Source: a bacterium (GTDB lineage Bacteria > Patescibacteriota > Microgenomatia > UBA8517). From it: DNA of 64,000 bases. Below, piece by piece: positions 10,086 through 19,758 of the stretch. The position numbers and the translations under genes were made by a program. The notes beneath the pieces were generated by a model. The model searched no databases and had not been told where the DNA came from. It saw nothing but the letters and a program-made list of their open reading frames with translations. Each line of letters opens with the position of its first letter. Position 1 is the stretch's first letter. The stretch spans positions 1,733 through 65,732 of the forward strand of contig JAKAJP010000013.1 in the NCBI GenBank assembly GCA_021824915.1, given 5' to 3'.

Positions 10086-11030
10086 ATGCAAAGCGTTTTG
10101 ATCACGGGTGGAGCGGGTTTTATAGGAAGCCACCTTTGCGACTATTTGATTGAAAAAGGGTACAAAGTTATTGCTTTGGATAATCTTTTGACCGGTTCAA
10201 AGAAAAACATTGAACGCCTTTTAGGAAATCCCAATTTTGAATTTATAGAAGCTGACGTGACAATGCAGGCTGCGATTAGTTCGGTTCCTCATGTCGATTT
10301 TATCTTTCATCTTGCATCTCCAGCCTCACCAATTGACTATCAGGCGCACCCTGAGGAGACGCTTTTAACAAATTCGATAGGAACCCTTAATATGCTTAAT
10401 TTGGCAAAAGATAAAAAAGCCAAAATTTTGATAACGTCTACATCTGAGGTTTATGGCGATCCGAAGGAGCACCCCCAGAAAGAGACATATTTTGGAAATG
10501 TGAACTCTTTTGGGCCTCGGGCTTGCTATGATGAGAGTAAAAGATTTTCTGAAGCCGCGACTTATGTTTTTTTGGAAAAATATGACGTGGATGCCAGAAT
10601 AATTAGAATTTTTAACACCTATGGACCGAGAATGCAGAAAGATGATGGCAGGGTTGTCAGTAATTTTATAAATAACGCACTTGAGGGAAAAGAGCTGAAT
10701 ATAGATGGTGACGGAAGCCAAACACGATCCTTTTGTTTTGTAAGTGACATGGTGGAGGGTATCTTTAAGGCGGTGTTTTCCGATAACACCAGAGGCCAAA
10801 TTTTCAATTTAGGGAACCCGGATGAGTATGAAGTTAAAGAGCTTGCCAGCAAAGTTTTGATTCTTGCGGGTTCAAAATCAAAAATAGAGTATAACGGAAA
10901 ATTTAGAATTGATGATCCAATGCGACGCCAACCCGATATTACGAAAGCGAAGCAAATTTTGGGATGGGAACCGAAAGTCGATTTGGAGGAAGGGCTTCAA
11001 AAAACCATCGAATATTATAAATCACTCTAA
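10086..11030 (+). CDS. UDP-glucuronate decarboxylase (UDP-xylose synthase), SDR/NAD-dependent epimerase family
   Basis: GGAGFIGSHL Rossmann motif, catalytic S..YxxxK (SEVYG...YDESKR), and a length and sequence typical of UXS. Confidence 0.8.
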   Translation: MQSVLITGGAGFIGSHLCDYLIEKGYKVIALDNLLTGSKKNIERLLGNPNFEFIEADVTMQAAISSVPHVDFIFHLASPASPIDYQAHPEETLLTNSIGTLNMLNLAKDKKAKILITSTSEVYGDPKEHPQKETYFGNVNSFGPRACYDESKRFSEAATYVFLEKYDVDARIIRIFNTYGPRMQKDDGRVVSNFINNALEGKELNIDGDGSQTRSFCFVSDMVEGIFKAVFSDNTRGQIFNLGNPDEYEVKELASKVLILAGSKSKIEYNGKFRIDDPMRRQPDITKAKQILGWEPKVDLEEGLQKTIEYYKSL

Positions 11031-12517
11031 ACCTTCTCAGTAACCCTATATTCTATATATTTTCCAAGCATTAATCTTGTATGAGCGTCTAGTCCCGGGA
11101 GGGCTGAAAAGAAGAATCCCGCAATCGGCATTAAAATAAATTCTAGCGGGCTAATTATTTGTCTCCAGACGGGGAATCCATCAGGACGCTTTGGTTTGTG
11201 GGTGTTATCGATAATCAGAGTGATAACCAGAAAGATAAGTGAGATTGTTAGTATTAAAGATGACAACCGGGGAACCGTATAACCAAGCGCTGTTCGTCCA
11301 AAAGCGGGGTTAAAAAGCGTGGGAACCGTAAGACCTAAAGTAATAAGAAACCAGTTGACCGGCCAGGAAAAATGAGACCAGAGTACATAAATGAGTCTCA
11401 TCGTCTTATCCCAAAAAGGAATACCGGAAGTTAGGAAATAATCTTTAATTATCCAAGGATCGTCGCTTGCACCCCATGCCCATCTTTTAATTTGTTCATA
11501 TTGGTTTTGGACTGTTTTCCAAAATGAAGTTGATTGGGCGGCGTCTGCTAGAAGAGGTAAATAAATCGGTTCGACTTCAATTCCTCCGTGTTTTTTATAA
11601 AATGCTTTGAAAAATATTCCCCAATCTTCAGGAATTTTATCCGGGTCCCAATAGTCCACTTCGCTTAAGAGTTTGAATGAGAGAGAATAATTTTGGGCGT
11701 TTATTAGGCGGTCGCGTCTGGGGAGAAGGGATAAATTCCAAATGGACATCAAAGTATTGGGTACACGAGTAATAGCGGGAATTTCCCAGATATTGTTATA
11801 AAACATGACCGCTGGCTGCCAAAATCTTTTATATCTTTCGGGGTTATCAAGGAATTTATAAGTAAGACAAGAGAAGTGTTTGGGATGGAATTTGTGATCG
11901 GCGTCGCAAGAAGTGACTGTAATATAATTTATATCTATTTTTTTTGCGTCAATATAATTTTTCTTTACCCATATCGCGGCAAATCTTTCGTTGGAAGCCT
12001 TCCCGGAAACCTCTCCCATGACAAGTTCGTGAGTAGTAACGAAAAATTCGCCAAAGACACCCTTAAACTTAGACCTAAGAACTTTTTCTCTTTCGCTTCT
12101 TTCCTGGATGGGTTCTTTACCTTCCATTGCAAGAACTAAAATGATTTGTTTTGTCGGAAACTCCTGCGAGGCTAGCGAATTTAGTGTCCTTTCCAAAATG
12201 TGAATCGGCTCTTTATAAACAGGAATTATTACAACGTGGCGGACTTTTTTATAATCCGGAAAATCTTTTACATCCGCCATCCAATTGTATATTTTTGCGG
12301 CTTGGATTCTGACGTGGGAGATGATTGCAGATAGGGCCAATTGAAATGATTGATAAAACCAGTAGACATTAAAGATTAAAATAAAATAGGCAACAACTTC
12401 AGGGATAACAATGACCCCCCAATAAGGAAAGAGAATTAAGTTCCAGGAGACAAGTCCGGGCAATATTTCAAGAGCCCGCAGTATCTCTTTTTCGTGTTTG
12501 ATTACGAAATTTCGCAT
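11027..12517 (-). CDS. membrane-embedded family 2 glycosyltransferase (processive GT2, cellulose-synthase-like)
   Basis: N-terminal TM pair, GT-A core with D, DxD (TSCDADH) and C-terminal TM helices. Stop codon overlaps the UXS gene end. Confidence 0.6.
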   Translation of the reverse strand: MRNFVIKHEKEILRALEILPGLVSWNLILFPYWGVIVIPEVVAYFILIFNVYWFYQSFQLALSAIISHVRIQAAKIYNWMADVKDFPDYKKVRHVVIIPVYKEPIHILERTLNSLASQEFPTKQIILVLAMEGKEPIQERSEREKVLRSKFKGVFGEFFVTTHELVMGEVSGKASNERFAAIWVKKNYIDAKKIDINYITVTSCDADHKFHPKHFSCLTYKFLDNPERYKRFWQPAVMFYNNIWEIPAITRVPNTLMSIWNLSLLPRRDRLINAQNYSLSFKLLSEVDYWDPDKIPEDWGIFFKAFYKKHGGIEVEPIYLPLLADAAQSTSFWKTVQNQYEQIKRWAWGASDDPWIIKDYFLTSGIPFWDKTMRLIYVLWSHFSWPVNWFLITLGLTVPTLFNPAFGRTALGYTVPRLSSLILTISLIFLVITLIIDNTHKPKRPDGFPVWRQIISPLEFILMPIAGFFFSALPGLDAHTRLMLGKYIEYRVTEKV

Positions 12518-12519
12518 AA

Positions 12520-13965
12520 TTATTTTAGTCTGGGGAATAGTGGCGCTTCCGACTTAATTTTTGGACCTTTGAACTGTTTTTCAATCTTTTCTGCTGTTTC
12601 GGGAAGGAAAGGTCTTAGCCTAAACGCAATCTTTCTAAGGTCGTCAATCTCAGATTGCAAGATGTCTTTTAATTTAGATTTATCTTTTTCTAACCAGGGT
12701 GTGTTGTGGTTCATGTGTTGGTCAACAATGCTTATATCTAACCAAATACTTTGAAGGGCAATATCGAAGCGGTAATCTTCTAAGGCTTTAGCCCATTCTT
12801 CGTCTGAGGTTTTTTGTAAAGAGTCTGTATTCGAGAATTCGAAGCGAGAATTTTCAGCTAATTTAGCTATTCTGGAGACCAAATTGCCAAGTCCATTTGC
12901 AAGCTCGCCGTTAAACGCATCCTCAAACTTTTCTTTAGTGAAATCACTGTCTTCTGTGGGGTTAACCTTTGCTAATAAATAATATCTCAATGCATCTGTG
13001 CTGTATCTTTCTACATATTCTAATGGATCAATAACATTTCCCAGGCTTTTACTCATCTTTTGACCGTTAGAGTTTATAAAACCATGGATTAATATTTGTC
13101 GGCTCGGTGGAAGTCCCGCTGCAATAAGCATTGCTTGCCACATAGCAGTTTGTTGTCGCAGGTTATCTTTCCCTGCAACCTGAATCGCGTTTGGTTTTTC
13201 CGTCGTTCCCCAAAACTCGGTAAACTTTTTCTCATTCTCCGGCCAACCTAGGGCCGAAATGTAGTAAGTTAAAGCGTCAAACCAGACATACATTACCTGT
13301 TTTTCGTCATTGGGAACCGGTACTCCCCAGGGCATTTTTTCTTTGACTCTGCTGACACTAAAATCATTAAGTCCAGCTTCAACAAAGTTACGGATTTCTT
13401 TTTGCCTGTGCGCTGGAATTACGAAATCAGGAAATTTTTCATAGTGTTTAATTAGCTTGTCTGCGAGTTTGGAAAACTTGAAAAAATAATTTTCCTCTTC
13501 AATTAGCTCGATCTCTTTATTTGGGTGAAGTGGGCATTTACCATCGACCAACTCTGAATCCTGTTTCTCGAGCTCGCAACCGACGCAATATTTCGCCTTG
13601 TAAATTCCTTTTTTGATAAATCCAGCAGCGTCTACTCTGTGCCACATTTCTTGTGCGGCTTTTATATGCTCGGGGTTTGTGGAACGCCAAAAACTGTTGT
13701 ATGAAAGGTTCAAGGCCTTTTTTAAGTTATCAAATTTAGCCGCGTACTCGTCAACGTAATCTTGCGCATCCTTTCCTGCCTCAATTGCTTTCTCATAAAT
13801 CTTTTTTCCGTGTTCGTCAGTTCCCGTGTTAAAAAAAACATCCTCGCCCAACATTTTGTGGTATCGCGCCAAGACATCGGCTTGAATTATTTCCAACGCA
13901 AAACCTATATGTGGGGCAGAATTTACATAGGGTGCGGTCGTTGTCAAGTAATATTTTTTGGTCAT
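12520..13965 (-). CDS. metG: methionyl-tRNA synthetase
   Basis: HIGH-type motif (PYVNSAPHIGF), KMSKS, and zinc-knuckle Cys (CVGCE...C). The ORF track starts at 14046, but the conserved N-terminus begins at MTKKYYLTT (13965), which also removes the overlap with the next gene. Confidence 0.9.
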   Translation of the reverse strand: MTKKYYLTTTAPYVNSAPHIGFALEIIQADVLARYHKMLGEDVFFNTGTDEHGKKIYEKAIEAGKDAQDYVDEYAAKFDNLKKALNLSYNSFWRSTNPEHIKAAQEMWHRVDAAGFIKKGIYKAKYCVGCELEKQDSELVDGKCPLHPNKEIELIEEENYFFKFSKLADKLIKHYEKFPDFVIPAHRQKEIRNFVEAGLNDFSVSRVKEKMPWGVPVPNDEKQVMYVWFDALTYYISALGWPENEKKFTEFWGTTEKPNAIQVAGKDNLRQQTAMWQAMLIAAGLPPSRQILIHGFINSNGQKMSKSLGNVIDPLEYVERYSTDALRYYLLAKVNPTEDSDFTKEKFEDAFNGELANGLGNLVSRIAKLAENSRFEFSNTDSLQKTSDEEWAKALEDYRFDIALQSIWLDISIVDQHMNHNTPWLEKDKSKLKDILQSEIDDLRKIAFRLRPFLPETAEKIEKQFKGPKIKSEAPLFPRLK

Positions 13966-13997
13966 GGCTATATTGTACAGCCGGGGTGGGTTTGAAG

Positions 13998-14330
13998 CTA
14001 CTTTTTGCCGAATTTCCTTATTTTTTCGGCCCAAACATTGGCCCATTCTTCAGCTTCGATTTTTTTAAGGGCAAGCTTGATCCCATTTTTCCTAAGTGAT
14101 TTCTCGGCTAAGGATATTTCTTTAGAAGTTGCTAGTAGGTTTCTTTTGATATTCTCCTTATCCCTGCCCTTTTTGAGCCAATAAGCAATCATCATCCTTT
14201 TGATATATTTTTCAAGTTCCTCTTCATCAAAAAAATCGATTAAGAAAGCCTCAATTTCTTTAGGATTATCCAGATCGTTAAGCATCTGGGAGAAGGTTCG
14301 GAATAATTGACGCTTAAGTGACGGATTCAT
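13998..14330 (-). CDS. TrpR-like YerC/YecD family small DNA-binding protein (putative)
   Basis: 110-aa product with a pattern resembling the YerC/YecD family (L..LF..L.....E...FL.DFF...E......R..IA..L..G... ending in an HTH). Confidence 0.4.
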   Translation of the reverse strand: MNPSLKRQLFRTFSQMLNDLDNPKEIEAFLIDFFDEEELEKYIKRMMIAYWLKKGRDKENIKRNLLATSKEISLAEKSLRKNGIKLALKKIEAEEWANVWAEKIRKFGKK

Positions 14331-14659
14331 TATCGGCTGAAGTATAACTCGATCGCGACCGCTATGCCAGCCAGTAAAAGAAAATTAAGAATATTGCCAA
14401 TCCCAAGGTATCGGAGGAAAAGGAATATGGATAAGGCCCCTGCGGCTACGAATCCCCGGCGGGAATTGCTAAAAAGTAAAGCAAAGGTAAACAGAAGACT
14501 CAAAAATACCAGACAAAAAAATGCGGGAACTGCTCCAAAAGAAAAAGGATCAACGGCGTAGATCAAAAACCCAGTCGCTATCCAAAGAAGAAGCGTTAAA
14601 ACCAGAGTCGGAAGGAAATTTTTACGCCTTAGTATTTGAGCCCGTCTTTGTTCTTTCAT
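14330..14659 (-). CDS. hypothetical 3-TM membrane protein
   Basis: ORF with three hydrophobic helices, stop/start-coupled with the downstream gene. Confidence 0.35.
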   Translation of the reverse strand: MKEQRRAQILRRKNFLPTLVLTLLLWIATGFLIYAVDPFSFGAVPAFFCLVFLSLLFTFALLFSNSRRGFVAAGALSIFLFLRYLGIGNILNFLLLAGIAVAIELYFSR

Positions 14660-14678
14660 ATGCTACAATGGCTTACCC

Positions 14679-15671
14679 ATGGATCCTGTAATTGTCTTAA
14701 TTATAGTATTAGCGGCCCTAACTATCTTGGCAATTTTTATCAATAAGAGATTGGCCGATTTGAAAGAGTCACAAAAGCCAAGCGATGAGCTTTTGGAAAT
14801 TATTAAAACGCTTCAAACCGGTTCCCGTGAAGACAGACGGGATTTAATTAATTCTTTGCAGAAAAATACCCAGGCGGTCAATGAACGGCTGGATAATGCA
14901 GCCCGTGTTATTTCCCAGGTGCAGAGGAATTTAGGGGAAATGAGCGAGATTGGAAAAGGAATACGCACTCTTCAGGATTTTTTGCAATCACCGAAGCTTC
15001 GCGGAGGATTGGGGGAGGAAGTATTAAAAGAAATGATTGGCCAGACTTTTCCCAAAAACGCTTTTCATCTTCAATATCCTTTCAAAAGCGGAGTAAAAGT
15101 TGACGCGGTATTAAAAACCGAAGCGGGCCTTCTTTGCATCGATTCAAAATTCCCAATGGAGAATTTTAATCTAATGCATAAAGGGGAGACGGAAGCAGAA
15201 AGAAATTCTGCAAAGAGGCAGTTTATTCAGGACGTTAAAAAACACATCGAAGATATTTCCAGAAAATATATTTTGCCGGAAGAGGGAACGATGGATTTTG
15301 CTTTAATGTATATCCCTTCGGAGGCGGTTTATTACGAAGCTGTAAATATTCCGGAACTTTCAACTTTTGCAAGAAGATTAAGAGTTTATCCGGTCTCACC
15401 AAACACTCTGTATGCGCATTTACAGGTTTTGCTTTTATCTTTTGAGGGGAAAGATTTGGAGCAAAAATCAAGAGAAGTGTTTAGAATTTTGAGAGCAATC
15501 CAAAAAGATTACGGCAAAGTTGAAGAAAATTTGAGTACTCTGCAAAAGCATTTGAACAACGCATATAACATGATGAGTAATGTTTTTAGCAGTTTTACTC
15601 AACTCGGTCAAAAAATTTCTTCTACACAGAGATTGAGCGGGATTAAAAAAGAAAAAGAATTGGAAGAATAA
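14679..15671 (+). CDS. rmuC: DNA recombination protein RmuC
   Basis: N-terminal TM and coiled coil, followed by an RmuC nuclease-like domain (VDAVLKTEAGLLCIDSKFPMENF). Confidence 0.8.
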   Translation: MDPVIVLIIVLAALTILAIFINKRLADLKESQKPSDELLEIIKTLQTGSREDRRDLINSLQKNTQAVNERLDNAARVISQVQRNLGEMSEIGKGIRTLQDFLQSPKLRGGLGEEVLKEMIGQTFPKNAFHLQYPFKSGVKVDAVLKTEAGLLCIDSKFPMENFNLMHKGETEAERNSAKRQFIQDVKKHIEDISRKYILPEEGTMDFALMYIPSEAVYYEAVNIPELSTFARRLRVYPVSPNTLYAHLQVLLLSFEGKDLEQKSREVFRILRAIQKDYGKVEENLSTLQKHLNNAYNMMSNVFSSFTQLGQKISSTQRLSGIKKEKELEE

Positions 15672-16013
15672 ATGGACGAATTAATTCTTGTTTATACAAC
15701 CTGGGAGTCGGTCGAGCAGGCAAAAAAAGCCGGAAAGCATTTATTGGAAAAAAGGATTTGCGGTTGCGTAAATATTTATCCTGAAATGCAGCCGATGTTT
15801 TGGTGGCCGCCAAGAGAAAATAGACTGGATGGATCAAAGGAAGTTGTGATGATTGTAAAAACCTTAAAAAGAAAGTATGAAGAATTGGAGAAAGAAATCT
15901 GCAAAATTCATACCTACGACGTACCTTGCATAATTGCCATCCCAACTTATAAAGTTAATAAGGATTACTTTGATTGGATAAAAGGGGAGATAGAAATGGG
16001 TGAGAGCAAATAA
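15672..16013 (+). CDS. cutA: divalent-cation tolerance protein CutA
   Basis: 113-aa product matching the CutA1 fold pattern (LVYTTWES...A..LLEKRICGCVNI...S.Y.WKGEIE). Confidence 0.7.
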   Translation: MDELILVYTTWESVEQAKKAGKHLLEKRICGCVNIYPEMQPMFWWPPRENRLDGSKEVVMIVKTLKRKYEELEKEICKIHTYDVPCIIAIPTYKVNKDYFDWIKGEIEMGESK

Positions 16014-16036
16014 TTTCTTCGTGATACAATCCATTT

Positions 16037-18949
16037 GTGGCTAAAGATTTAAAGAACCTCAAATTGAACAGAGAACAGATTGAAGCGATTAAATTTGGCG
16101 AAGGGCCCCTTTTAATTATTGCTGGAGCCGGAACGGGGAAGACAACCGTTATAACAGAGCGTATTAAGTATTTAATTCTTAGTAAGAAGGCAAAGACTTC
16201 GGAAATCTTAGCATTAACTTTTACAGAAAAGGCCGCACGCGAAATGGAGGAGAGGGTAGATGTGAGTATGCCATACGGTTATACGCAAATGTGGATTATG
16301 ACTTTCCATTCTTTCTGTGATCGAATTTTGCGCCGGGAAGCGCTTCATATCGGATTGGACCCGAAATATAAACTTATGACAGAGGCAGAATCTGTTCAAC
16401 TTCTTCGTAAAAATCTTTTTAAACTGGAACTAAATTATTTTAGACCTTTAGGAAATCCTACGAAATTCATTAGTGGAATGCTTCAGCACTTTTCCCGGCT
16501 TCAAGATGAAGATGTTTCGCCGAGTGATTATGCCACCTGGGTCAAAAAACAAAAAGCAAAAACTTCTGATGAGAAAGTTGAAATCGAAAAGTGGCAGGAG
16601 CTAGCGAAAGTATATAAAGCTTATGACGAGCTGAAGGTTAAAGAGGGGCTGATGGATTTTGGAGATTTAATCGTTAAAACTTTAAAGCTTTTTAGAGATC
16701 GGCCGAATGTTCTTAGCGAATATAAAAAACAATTTAAATATCTGCTTGTGGACGAATTTCAGGATACAAATTATTCACAAAACGAGTTGGTGAAACTACT
16801 TACTGGAAAGAATGGAAATATAACCGTTGTAGGAGATGATGATCAGTCTATTTATAAATTTAGGGGTGCGGCAGTAAGTAATATTATTCAATTTAGAAAG
16901 AATTTTCCTGAAACACGCATCGTGGTTCTAACAAAAAATTATCGGTCAACGCAGGAGATTTTGGATAGAAGTTATGATCTAGTTCAATTCAATAATCCAG
17001 ACCGCCTTGAAGTTGTCGAGAAAATTGACAAAAAGTTAAAATCACAGATTGCAAAGAACGGAAGCGAAATGGGTTTTTTACATCTTGATAGGGTGGAAAA
17101 CGAAGCCGATGCAATCGCAAAAAAAATTGGAGAAATTAAAGACGGAGAAAAATATAAGTACAAAGATTTTGCAATTTTGGTCCGGGCCAATAACCATTCC
17201 GAGCCGATTATGAGGGCGCTCTCCCGACACGGTATTCCTTATCAGTTTTTGGGGCCGGGGCGGCTTTTTAAGCAACCAGAAATAGTGGACCTTATTTCAT
17301 ATCTCAAAGTTCTTTATGATTTTACCGACTCCGTTGCTTTTTATCGTATCCTGGCCCAGGACTATTTTAAAATTCCGGGGAGGGACTTGGTGGCAATGGG
17401 GAATTACGGAAGAAGATACAATAAAAATTTATTTGAAGTTGCGGAAAATATTGACCAACTTTTTGTTAATGACAAAACAAAAGAATCCGTAAAAAAATTA
17501 CTCGAAATCATCAAAAAACACCTTGATTTGGTTAAAAAAGAGACAGCAGGACAATTGTTATATTACTATCTTGAGGATACCGGGCTTTTACAAAAATTAC
17601 TTTCACCGGATTCTATCGAAGCGGAGAGGCGGGCTCAAAACATTTCAAAGTTTTTTGATAAGTTAAAGACCTATGAGGTAGATCACGAAGATGCGAGAGT
17701 GCCCGCGGTTACAGACTGGTTAGATCTTTCAATAGAATTGGGCGAATCGCCGCTTGCAGCAGATACCGATTGGACGGAAATAAACGCGGTCAACATATTA
17801 ACAGCGCACAGCGCGAAAGGATTAGAATTTCCTGTTGTGTTTTTGGTCAACTTGGTTGCCCAAAGGTTTCCAACAAATGAAAGAAGGGAGCAAATAGCAA
17901 TTCCTGAAAAATTAATAAAAGAGGTTTTGCCAGTTGGGGATTATCATATCGAGGAAGAACGCCGTCTTTTTTATGTCGGGATGACTAGGGCAAAGGAAAA
18001 ATTGTTTTTTACCGCAGCGGATTATTATGGTGAAGGAAAGCGCGAGAAAAAACTCTCTCCATTTATTTTTGAAGCGCTTGGAGATAAAGCAGTTTTTTCA
18101 GAAAAACTTGCGGAGACAGGTCGACAGCTTTCGTTTTTAGATTATCAACCCCAGACCCGGCCGTCAGGTGGATTTGAATCTGCGCCCCTCCATATTGATT
18201 ATCTTTCTTATTCCCAGATCGAAACTTTTAATACTTGTCCTTTGCATTACAAACTGAAATATATTTATAAGCTTCCGACGCCGCCCAGCGCCTCCGCAAG
18301 TTTTGGAACAACAATTCATGCAACGCTAAAAAGTTTCTACGAACAAGTTGAGACGGGAGAAAAGCCAACGGATAAATTATTGTTTAATCTTCTTGAGAAA
18401 AATTGGGTAAAGGAAGGATATTCATCTAAAAAACACGAGGTGGACTTTATGCAAAAAGGTAAAGATTATTTGGCCGGATTTTTGAAATACGGATTTAACC
18501 CGAGAAATTTGCCAGTCGTTTTGGAACAGCCATTTACTGTGCCGCTAGGGGTTTCCGGTAGACCAATTAAGATTGGCGGAAAAATCGACAGAGTTGATAG
18601 GTTACCTGACGGATCCATAGAAATAGTTGATTACAAGACAGGCGCAACAATTCCGACACAAAAAGATGTGGATCGTAATTTGCAACTTTCTTTTTACGCC
18701 CTTGCCGCGACAACAATTCCAATGGAACCTTTTGGGGTAAGGGCGGATAAAGTAAAACTCTCTTTGTATTTTTTGGATACTCAAGAAAAGATCTCAACGA
18801 CAAGAACTGCAAAACAACTTGAAGAAGCGGGAAAAGAAATTTTGAAAGTCCGCGACGAAATAGAAAAATCTGATTTCAAATGCAGCAATCACATGTTTTG
18901 CCAAATGGGCTGCGAGTATTCGTTGTTCTGTCGAAGCGAGACTACTTAA
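16037..18949 (+). CDS. UvrD/Rep-family helicase fused to a C-terminal PD-(D/E)xK (RecB/Cas4-type) nuclease with an Fe-S cysteine cluster (AddA/AdnB-like)
   Basis: Walker A AGAGTGKTTV, helicase motifs (DEFQDT, VGDDDQSIY, TKNYRST, TAHSAKGLEF), then a nuclease core (IVDYKTG) and a C...CSNHMFCQMGCEYSLFC Cys cluster. Confidence 0.85.
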   Translation: MAKDLKNLKLNREQIEAIKFGEGPLLIIAGAGTGKTTVITERIKYLILSKKAKTSEILALTFTEKAAREMEERVDVSMPYGYTQMWIMTFHSFCDRILRREALHIGLDPKYKLMTEAESVQLLRKNLFKLELNYFRPLGNPTKFISGMLQHFSRLQDEDVSPSDYATWVKKQKAKTSDEKVEIEKWQELAKVYKAYDELKVKEGLMDFGDLIVKTLKLFRDRPNVLSEYKKQFKYLLVDEFQDTNYSQNELVKLLTGKNGNITVVGDDDQSIYKFRGAAVSNIIQFRKNFPETRIVVLTKNYRSTQEILDRSYDLVQFNNPDRLEVVEKIDKKLKSQIAKNGSEMGFLHLDRVENEADAIAKKIGEIKDGEKYKYKDFAILVRANNHSEPIMRALSRHGIPYQFLGPGRLFKQPEIVDLISYLKVLYDFTDSVAFYRILAQDYFKIPGRDLVAMGNYGRRYNKNLFEVAENIDQLFVNDKTKESVKKLLEIIKKHLDLVKKETAGQLLYYYLEDTGLLQKLLSPDSIEAERRAQNISKFFDKLKTYEVDHEDARVPAVTDWLDLSIELGESPLAADTDWTEINAVNILTAHSAKGLEFPVVFLVNLVAQRFPTNERREQIAIPEKLIKEVLPVGDYHIEEERRLFYVGMTRAKEKLFFTAADYYGEGKREKKLSPFIFEALGDKAVFSEKLAETGRQLSFLDYQPQTRPSGGFESAPLHIDYLSYSQIETFNTCPLHYKLKYIYKLPTPPSASASFGTTIHATLKSFYEQVETGEKPTDKLLFNLLEKNWVKEGYSSKKHEVDFMQKGKDYLAGFLKYGFNPRNLPVVLEQPFTVPLGVSGRPIKIGGKIDRVDRLPDGSIEIVDYKTGATIPTQKDVDRNLQLSFYALAATTIPMEPFGVRADKVKLSLYFLDTQEKISTTRTAKQLEEAGKEILKVRDEIEKSDFKCSNHMFCQMGCEYSLFCRSETT

Positions 18950-19205
18950 ACGCAATTATTTGGAAGCCGTATTTTTCTACTTCTTCTTTGCTCCAGAATT
19001 TCTCCAAGTCTTTTGATTTTAGGACAAAGGTAACTTTCTTTTTGATATCGCGACCTGTGTATTCCTGTTTTTTAGGATCCCATTCACGAAGACAGAGAAC
19101 GTCGCCGGGTTTACACTTAAACCTGTCCAGTCTTGCATCAAAAGTTTTTTCTCCCGATAAAACCTTTTCGAAAAGTTCCGGTATTGCTTTCTTTTCAATT
19201 ACCAT
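18942..19205 (-). CDS. DUF3850 / ASCH-like (PUA-fold) small protein
   Basis: 87-aa product. The PELFEKVLSGEKTFDARLD...GDVLCLREWD pattern matches the DUF3850 ASCH-like family. Overlaps the glutamine amidotransferase stop by 11 nt. Confidence 0.45.
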   Translation of the reverse strand: MVIEKKAIPELFEKVLSGEKTFDARLDRFKCKPGDVLCLREWDPKKQEYTGRDIKKKVTFVLKSKDLEKFWSKEEVEKYGFQIIAFK

Positions 19206-19758
19206 TCGTGATCAGTTTAGTTATTTTTCTGAATATTTCATCACCCAAAAGCATATCTGTCAGCATTTCGGGGTGAAATTGCAGACCATAAACATTCCTG
19301 TCTTTTACTTTAATTATTTCCCATCCGTGTTTAGATTTTGCGATTCCAGTAAGGTCTTTTCCTAGTTTTTTGATTGCCCAATGATGGGCTTCATAAACTT
19401 TTATTGGTTTGTTAACTTTAAAATAGTTACTGTTAACGATTTTGATTTCTTTAATACCTTTTTCTTTGGGTTTAAAAGACTCCAATTGTGAATTATATGT
19501 ATAAGCAACAATCTCACACCCTGCACAAATACCAATTATTGGTATGTTTGAATTTTTTACGAGTTTGATTTCTTCAACAAATTTTTCCGGATTTTCCTTG
19601 ACCGCAAATTTGCTACTACCAGACAAAATTATTAGATTGAAGTCCGATGGAGTAGGTAAATCTTCCGACGACTTAATTATGGTTAATACATTTTTCGATA
19701 GTAGATTTTTAAGAGCCTGGAGGTGTTTTGTTCCGTTATCTATTATTAACGTCTTCAT
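19195..19758 (-). CDS. stand-alone class I glutamine amidotransferase (GATase1)
   Basis: Catalytic triad motifs GICAGCE (nucleophile Cys) and LQFHPE (His-x-Glu). The probable start is MKTLIID at 19758, which gives an ATGA overlap with the FemAB-like gene; the ORF track starts at 19785. Confidence 0.7.
   Translation of the reverse strand: MKTLIIDNGTKHLQALKNLLSKNVLTIIKSSEDLPTPSDFNLIILSGSSKFAVKENPEKFVEEIKLVKNSNIPIIGICAGCEIVAYTYNSQLESFKPKEKGIKEIKIVNSNYFKVNKPIKVYEAHHWAIKKLGKDLTGIAKSKHGWEIIKVKDRNVYGLQFHPEMLTDMLLGDEIFRKITKLITNGN

Noticed and set aside
18880-19365. Plus-strand 161-aa ORF
   Set aside because: It is antisense to the tightly coupled DUF3850 and GATase genes and has no domain signal.
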